This document shows, in pieces, positions 12,431-21,400 of a stretch of 64,000 nt of DNA. Source of the DNA: Prorocentrum cordatum (Eukaryota). The notes under the pieces are model-generated. The model was given only the letters and a program-made list of their open reading frames with translations. It was not told the origin of the DNA and made no database searches. A program made the position numbers and the translations under genes. Location of the stretch: assembly GCA_963575745.1 (NCBI GenBank), contig CAUYUJ010000041.1, positions 1-64,000 of the forward strand, in the 5' to 3' direction. The number at the start of each line of letters is the position of its first letter. Within the stretch, counting starts at the first letter, position 1.

Positions 12431-15400
12431 GGGGGGGGGGGGGGGGGAGGGGGGGGGGGGGGGGGGGGGTGGGGGGGGGCGGGGGGAGATGCGAGGAGAC
12501 ACGGGGGGGAAGGACACGAGCGCGGGCGGGCGGGCGGGCAGGGCACGGGGGGGGGATGCATGATCATGCGAGGAACACGGAAGGGGCGGTGCGAAAGACA
12601 CGGAGGGGTGGGAGGGACATGGGGGAAACACGGGGGGCACGGAAGAGACACGGGAGGGGCACGGGAGTTCGGGGGCGAGCGGGCGGACGGACGCGGGAGC
12701 GGTGCGGAGGGACACGGGCGGGAGCGCACGGAAGGCATGTGGAGACACGGAAGGGGCACGGGAGAGACGCGGGAGAGACACGGGAGACGGATAGGTATAC
12801 ACGGGAGCTCGGGAGCGGGCGGGCGGGCAGACACAGGAGGGACACGGAAGGTGTCCGAGGAGGGCGCGGGACGTATTCAGGAGATGCGCGAAGTGTGATC
12901 AGGAGCAAATACCGAAGCGATCTGGGAGCCTCGAAGGCAGCTGGGACATCGACAGAGGCGTGTCTGTTCAATAGAGGGGGCTATTGAACAGACACGGGCG
13001 TGGCTGTTCAATAGAGGGGGCTATTGAACATGGCATGTTCAATAGAGGGGGCTATTGAACAGACACGGGCGTGGCTGTTCAATAGAGGGGGATATTGAAC
13101 AGACACGCCGCTGTCAGACAGCATCACCTCTGCAGAGGGGCACCGACGCTCTCAGATCGCTTCACCCGGAGCTCCCGTTCGACCTCAGATCAGCCATCCT
13201 GATGCCAACATCCAGCACTCCAGCCCACCCCAACGCCCACCCACGCAGTCCCAGAACACTGTCCACACTGCTGATTACGAGGTGGGAGTGAAACTAAGAG
13301 AGGCGCGAAGTACATCACGCGGCGCTGCTGCAGCAGCGTCGCGACGAGGTTGACGATGCCGACACCGCTGTCAACTGCAAAGATTTACGCTCACGGCTCT
13401 GCTGCAGCAGCGTCGCGATGGCTCGAGACTGCTGAGGACAAGGCCGATGGGAGCTGGCGAGGCTGCCAGGAGGCCATGGGGGGAGCTACTCGGCGGCGCA
13501 ACGAACTGTGCTGAAGGGGAGCAGGGAGAGTGGCGAAGGGCGATGCGATGCGAGACTGTTTGCCATCTGAAGTGCCCCAGGACCCCCCCAAGTGCCCCCA
13601 AACTTTCCTGGCCAATCCAAGGCCGACCCCTGGCACATCAGTCCATGCAAAAAAATGTCAGCGGATCAGGATGTGAACGTCGACGATGGCAGATAGATGT
13701 GATGAGGATATCGGAGCGCCTTTCTGGGCGACAGCGCGGGCGCACCACGCGATCTGGCGCACGAAATATAACCTGGCCTAAACACATGCATGCGCCGGCG
13801 TCAGCTATGCTCGCGAACTGATCCAGTCCACCCCCCCATTGCTCCCATTGATCTTACATGTTGGGTTGCTACAGCATGTATCCTATCACTATGCGTTCGT
13901 TGTCCCCCTCGCTCACGGGAGAGTGGATACCCGCTGCAGCGGGCATCCTGTCTACCGTCTCTCTCCAATGTGTCTTCACTCCACCCCCACGCTGCGTCTC
14001 CATCGCCCCCCTCGCATTCCCTATGTATATCACGTCTCCCCCCTGTCTACCTCTACTATAGTCCCCCCTCTCCCCCTGTCTACCTCTACTGAGTTACCGT
14101 CCCATTCCGTCGCCCATGTAGTGAAATGCTCCGCGGCGGCCCCCCATGCTCCGCGGTGGCGCGCCGCGGCTCTCATGTGGGCGCTGCAGCGCCAAGGCGC
14201 TCGGCGGCGCCTCCGCCCTCGGCGCCCTGCAGGGGCCGCTCGGCGGCCGCCTCCGCCCTCGGCGCTCGGCGGCGCGCACTCGGCGCTCGGCGGCCGCCTC
14301 CGCCCTCGGCGCTCGGCGCGGCCGCCTCCGCCCTCGGCGCCCGGCGCGCCCTCGGCGCTCGGCGGCCGCCTCCGCCTCCGCCCCCGCGGCCTCACCCGCG
14401 GCCTCCTCCCTCCTCATGAGGCGCCCCTCGGCGCCTGCGCCTCCTCGGCGGCCCCCTCGCCGCCAGCGCCGACCCAGACCTCTGCTGGGCCAGCGTAGTA
14501 CTCCTCGGCCAGGGCGGCGGCGTCGGCGCACTCGCCCGCCAGCAGCAGCTCGCAGAGCTGCTGCGCCCTGTTGAACCAGCCGCCCCGCCGCCCTTGCCCT
14601 TGCCCTTGCCCTTGGACAAGCTTGCCCTTGCCGCCCTTGCTCTTGTCCTTGCCCTTGCCCTTGCAAGGTGGGCCGCCGCCGTCCTTGTCCTTGTCCTTGC
14701 CCTTGCCCTTTCTGCAAGGTGGGCCGCCGACGTTGTCCTTGTCCTTGTCCTTGCCCTTGCCCTTGCCCTTGCCCTTGCAAGGTGGGCCGTCGCTGCCATG
14801 CGGGGCGGCGCGCGACGTCGGCCGCGGCCGCGCCTTGGCGGCAGCGAGCAGCGCGCCTGGTGGCGGCACCGCAGGCGGCGTCGGCCGCATGCGGCCGACG
14901 CCGCCGTCGTCGTCCTGCAGGACGTCCTGCAGCACGTCGAACTCCTCGATGTCCTCGTCGTAGTCGAGCGACGCCATCGCTGCAGCGAGGCTGCAGTTCG
15001 CCAAGCTGCATGATGGGCTTGGTTTCCACCACCAGTACCATAAGTTGGAGGGAGAGGTCCTCCTCCTCTTCTTTCTCCTCCTCCTCCTTCTCCAACATAT
15101 GGTATAGTGGTGGTGGAAACCAGTCCCATCACTGCAGCTGAAGCTGCACTCGGGCGCGCGGGCGCGCGACGCTGCAGCGCGCGAAGCTGCAGCTGCAGCT
15201 GCACGGAACAAAAACAGCGGCGGTGCCAACGACGAATACGATGGCGACGACGCTGACGACGACGGACCCCTGCTAACCAATCGACTGACCCCCCAAAGTA
15301 ACATCACCCCGCAAAGTAACTTCACCCCCAACTGAACCTCCGAAGGCCAACGACTGGATTGACCTCCCCAGGGCTGCCCCCTCAGGATAGGAGGAGGAGG

Positions 15401-18400
15401 GGGAGGAGGATGAGGGGGAGGAGGAGGATTGGAGGGAGAGGAGGAGGGGGGGGAGGAGGGGGGGCAGGAGAAGGAGGAGGAGGAGGAGGACACTGATGAG
15501 GAGGAGAAGAAGGAGAGGGAGGAGGAGGAGAAGGAGGAGGAGAAGGAGGAGTAGGAGAATGAGAGGGAGGATGAGGAGGAGGAGGAGGAGGAGGAGGAGG
15601 AGGAGGAGGAGGAGGAGAGGGAGTATGCGGAGGCAGGAATAGGCAGAAGGATCGGGGGGGCGGGGCACGGGTGCCAACTGGTTGTCTTCCTCCCCCTCCT
15701 CCTCGTCATACTCCTCGTCCTCGGCCTCCTTCTCCTCCTCCTCCTCCTCCTCCTCATCATCATCATCATCCTGCCCCCCCTTCCCCTGCTCCGAGGTGCT
15801 GGCAGCGAGCGGTGGGAACCTGTGAAAATGAGGGCGTTCCAGAACGTCGTCCTCAATGTCGTCGTCCTCCTGATCACCCTCCTCCTCCTCATCATCATCC
15901 TCCCTCCACCTTCTTCTCCTGCATGCGCTGCTCTCAATTACGTCGTCTTTAACGCCGTCGTCGTTGTCTCTGTCGCCGTCGCCGCCGTCGCGATGCTGTA
16001 TCCGACTGAAACAGTGGTGCTGCAGCACTGACCGCGCGCGCGCCGCGCGCCCGTCACTTCCGCGGCTTCTTCGCGACGTGGTATTGGACTGCCAGCGCAA
16101 CCGCTGTCTCGCGGTCCCCGCGCTGAAGCGCTTCCCGAATCATGTCGCACACAAGCTTCCACATGCCAACCTTGGTCTCAGCATCGCGATTGCGCGCGGC
16201 TGCAGCCGCGCGCGGGGCTGGCACATCACTGGCGGCTGCAGCCGCGGTCCTCGTCGACGTCGGAGGCGGCGGTGGCGGCGGCGGCGGCGGAGGTGGGGGA
16301 GTAGCCGCATATGTCGCATCCGATGCAGCGGACTTCGCCTTCGGCGGCGGCACTGGCTCCGAGGGAAGCCGCCATGGCGGCGTCGCTGCGCTCATGTTGG
16401 CAGCCATTGATGTTCTGATCACAGGTGGCTGCGAACCACATGCAATAACAGAAAGCGAACATGCGGGCTGCAAGCGCGATCGAAGCGCTACATCAACACG
16501 CCAGACACACAACATGTAAGTCAGCGCTGCAGCGCGACGCAAAAATCTGATATCGGCACGCCAGACACCCGAACGTAAATCAGCGCTGCAGCACGATGGA
16601 CCCCAAACACACGAAACGCAAGTCAGCGCTGCAGCGCCGTGAGGTCACACACCGACGGCGGCAACGCGTGAGAGGCACACTTGATCGTAGTGTCGTCGTG
16701 CTGCAGCACGCTTGAGCATACCAACGATTCGCAATGACACCAACAGTAGCGAACATTGGGGGGATCCACCAACAATCCGCAATTATTATCCCAATCCTCC
16801 TCTTCCTTCTCCTCCTCGCCCTCGTCCTCGTGCTCGTCCTCCTCGCTGCCATTCTCAATCGCACTGCCGACCGTGATCGCACGCCCCAGCGATGCGGTCG
16901 ACCGAGCGCGCCGCAGCTCAGTCCGAGTCGGCCTCCTCCTCCTCCGCATCGCCCTCCGCCTCCGCTTCCATCTCCTGGAGCTCATCCGCTTCGCAATCCT
17001 TGAGTTCGGCGGTGCACCACTTCGCCGCGGCCGCTTCAGCGTCATCCTTGCTGCAGCCGCGGTTTGTGCGGAACAAGGCCGTCCTGCTGCAACCGCAGTC
17101 TGTGCGGACGGCCCGCCAAGCTTGGAGCCGCTGCACCCAATAGATGCGGGCGCCGCAAGGAACGTCGGTCTCGTGGCGCCGCGGGCGCTTCAGCACCGTG
17201 CTCGCCTCTGCCGCCTCCGCCGCCTCCTGAAGCAATTTGGCCTTGATGTACTCTACGCCCTTCTCGTGCAGCACCACCTGCAGCTTGTCCCTCCCCCCCT
17301 ATGAGGTGGGGGAATGACAATCTGCAGCTCTGTTGCCTCCGTATCGCCAAACGGCGGCAGCTGCGCTGTCTTGAAGCACTTGTCCACTGGAACCTGGCGA
17401 CTGGCGCGGCCGGACCGCGTGGTCGGGCGGCGGCCTGGCTCCGCTGCAGCGAAGAGCGTCGTCGGCGCCGTTGGCCCCGACGACGCGGTGCGCTGATTTT
17501 TCAGCCACGTTAGGAACATCGTGCCTCGCAAGCCCTGAGCCTTGCCGCACACCCACTTGCTCCAACCTGCGGTGGTCACGGTGATACACTCGCGGTCTCC
17601 GATGACCTCGACGGCCGCGACCAGCTCGCGCCCCGTACGGTTGTCGTGCAACACGACGCAGTCGCGCTTGATCGTCGTCATCGCGCGCGCGGCGCGCCGA
17701 GGCTGCAGCCCGAGCGCGGTCGCACTTCAGCGCCAAAATTGCTGCGATGGAGTGATGAGGCAACATGTGCGCGGACGAGGTGCTCATGATGAGGTGCGCT
17801 GCAGCGCATGTGAAAGATGAAGCGAAGAGCAACGATCACATCGAGCACAACAGTGATGACGAAGCCGCTGCAGCGGCATGTCTGTGGGAAAGGCTGATGT
17901 CAGCACCAATATTGTACAGTCGCTGCAGCGACGATGCTGGCGCAACGAATCGTTCCGCGCGCTGCAGCGCCGCGGCAAGTATCGCACTTCGCACCAACCC
18001 GCACACTGTTTACACCAATCGGAGGGCCACGCTCGGTGCCGTCATGTGCGCTCGCCGCTCCTTAAGCCCCCTCATCCTCCTCCCTATGCCAAACCTTACC
18101 CTGCCTCCTCCTCCTCCTCCGCATCACCCCTCCCTCCTGCCTCATCCTCCCGCGTGGTCCCTCTATATCGCCAGCTCAGGCCGTCCTGAGCTTCTTGGCT
18201 GGCCGCGGCTGCAGCCGCGGCCACGGCTTCACCACCAGGAAGTCGCCCGCGGACAGGGCGCAAGTGTTATGCATCTGGGGCACCCCCACCTGCACCTTGT
18301 TGACGCCTGTCCCGAACGTCACGGTCTCCTTTCGGAGCTCCATGTTGGGCTCTGAGTCGGACTTTGCCACCACCCAGAAGGGGCTGACAAAGGCGTCGGG

Positions 18401-21400
18401 GCCCCGCGACCCCTCAGCGGGGGGCCCTGCGAACTGCGGGCCCACGAAGAACTCGTAGAGGCCAACCTTCCCCAACGAGATGCTCTCCGCAACGCAGCCC
18501 GTGCTGACCCGCGTGGACGAGGCTGAAATGCGACCACTCCCACCGCGTGGAGCTACATGGCGCGCAGTCGGTAACATCACTGACCTCGTCGCTACGGCCT
18601 GACGTGCCCCGAAATCCTCGCTACCTCGTGCTCAGCGCAGCGCTGCAGCGCGGCGTCGTCGGAGGGGGGCGCGGACGATTGCGGAAGCACAAGTCTGACG
18701 AGCTCACCCACTTTGAACGCTCGCTTGCAGCGCACGGCAGGTGGGTCCTGCAGGATCTCCAAGTGCAAAATGTTCGCCTGGTACTTCAGCGCTTGGAGCC
18801 GCAGCGCCATGTTGCATGCCCCCTTGAACGCGTCCATCGCCCAACCCTCGTGGGCTGGCGGCAAGTGCTCCTTCGTGAACGGCAACTGCTCCTGCACCCT
18901 GGACGTCAACTTGTAATTCTCGAGCAATATGTTTACTTCAATCCGCCCGCTCGGCTAACTGCTCCGTGCGCTGCAGCGCATCGACCAACCCATTGCAACT
19001 TAAGTACAGGAAATACAATATCGCAGTTACTACCTCCTCCTCCCCCCTCCCTGCTCCCCACGGGCGGCGGGGTGGCTGCGGCCGCGCAATGGAGATCTCT
19101 TCGCCCACCAGGTCGCCGTGCAACTTCTTCTGAGCGGTGATCCCATTCTCCGAGATGGAGAGCACCTCGAAGACGTCATCCACCTCCTTCTTCTGGACGA
19201 TGTGCTTCCCCACGTCGAACCCTGCACGCCGCATGCGGAAGACGTTGCTCTTCAACTCAGCGGCCGACGACGCTGCCGCGCGCGGCGCGTCTGCATCGGC
19301 GCTCGCTGGGAACTCGGGTGCGCCATCGCCTTGCTTGTCGGTCTGCACCGCCTTGCCGAACTCGATCCCCAAGCTCTTCATCTGCAGCTGGGCTGGCTCC
19401 CCGAGCTCATGGAGGAAGACCTCTCTGGAGGGTCGCTGCAGCGACATTGAATGGCGAAAAGCAGGGAGGGAGGGAAACAAGGAGCACACGAAAGGTGGCG
19501 TGAGAAGATACCTGTGCTATATCTGCTACGCATCCGAAAGTGCGGTCTCCTGGCGCTCGCTTCTTCACCAGGTACATGGCACAGCGGACATCCAACTTTG
19601 TGATGTGCAAGAAGCCCTGCTCCGCTCCGATATCCAACCTCTTCACGAGCGACCTTGCGTCGGCCATGAGGTTGTCGGCCGCAGCCACGTCCGCCTTGCG
19701 GGACGCGACGTGGACGATCTCGTTTGCCTTGATCCGCCCATCGCTTCAGCGATTGCGTTTGGGAATAAAGCAATGTAACGGTGCGTGTGTGTGTGTGGGG
19801 AGGGGGGAGGGGTGGGTACGCAGTTCTAACAATGCAGCGCAATGCATAGATGCGCTGCAGCGCATGTCACTACAAGGGGGCGCCGACAAGCTTATGGATG
19901 GTCCTGCACATGCTATCCACCACGTGCTCGCCTGAATAGTTGGCCTTCACGAGCGCCGCTACGACATACGGGTACGACTCCTGGTGCTTCCCCCATTTAA
20001 TCGAATTCAACTTGCGCCAAATTCAGAGCCGCACATCAAAGTTTGCCCCGAGACGTCCACATTCGTGAAGGTCTTGAGGGCTTCATCTATTTCACGGAGA
20101 AGTTCTCCGTTTTGTGGCCCGAGCTCAACAAACTTGCACAAGTCAGCGATCCACGCCTTGCAAGGTGGGTTCGCGTGGCCCGCTTGCTCGGCGATGTCGC
20201 GCCAATCGGGCTTGCTGGAACCCTCAGCGAGGCTGTGTGCCAAGAGCATCCGCCCACCTGCCTGCAGCAAGCGCCGAGCCGATCAAGTGCTGCAGCACTG
20301 TAAGATATAATGCTCCTGCTCCTCGTTCTCACCTCCTCCCCAACGCGCTCCCACTCATCACCCTCCTCGTGCATCATCCTGGTCCTTACTACATACCGCT
20401 ATATACTATAGTGGGGATAGGCTGCAGCCTGACCGAATGATCTCGGTCTCGTGAACCGCCTCCCTGACGTCGGCGTTCAAAGCCCTCTGCACGAAGTTCT
20501 TGAGGCCCTTCACTTTGGCCACCGCGTGCTTGATGATCAACCACGTCAGGCCCTTTTTGACTGCCGTCGCAAGTTGCGGATGCAACGCGCACAGCTTTTC
20601 GGAGTCGATGTTGTCCCGAGAGTCTGCCAGCGCCTTCACTGTGGTCGGCGCCTTGGCCAGCACGCAGCGGAGGAAGACGTTCGTGTGGGAGCCGCCCACT
20701 GACGTATACCGCAATGAGTCCAGCGGGGGGCACCGACCCCCGCTGAGCCGCGAAAGGCGGTCGTTCGCCATCGCGGTCTCTTCCAACTGCGCCCCCTGCG
20801 GGGCCTCGAAGGCAGTGGCTGCAGCCGTCTTGGCCAAGACGAAGCCCTGGGCGCAAATCTTCGCGCCTAAATTGTGAGCCCGCGCAGGGTTCACTAACGA
20901 ACCGCTGCGGTTCCGAATGTCGATGCCCATCTGGTTCGGTGGGACCTGCTGGTAATACGCTAGCCCCTCCGCCAGCAGGAACTCCTTCAGTTGATCCCAC
21001 CCCGATGCCAACCTCCCCGAGGAATTGCTTTCCTCGATGTACTGCAAGATCTGCTCCTCCTGACGCGCCTGCAGCGCCATGCCAGCGCTATATATAGCGC
21101 CGAATGCAACGTGCGAGCCCGCGGGCGCGACGGCGGATGCGGCGCGCGGCCGCAGCTTGAGACAAGCTGTCGCGCGGCGTGCGCGGGAACATCGACTTGC
21201 ATGGACATGCAATTTGCGAGCAAACATGTTGATCTGGGCTGCAGCCCGAGGCCCATGAAGCACGAGCGCGCACGCGCTGCAGCGCGATGCGACATCACGA
21301 CGACAACCATTTTTTTGCGCTGCAGCGCAAAGTAACATACGTGCTATCAAATTTGGAGCGCTGCTGCGCTCAATGCGACCATTGAAAAACAACGAATACA

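Noticed and set aside
12331..12480. Poly-G as a functional G-quadruplex or poly-Pro/Gly CDS
   Set aside because: May be a sequencing or polishing artefact of a (GGA)n tract; cannot be judged without reads.
12957..13108. Hairpin repeat array as a CRISPR array
   Set aside because: Spacers are only 5-14 nt and two are identical; no cas genes; eukaryotic context.
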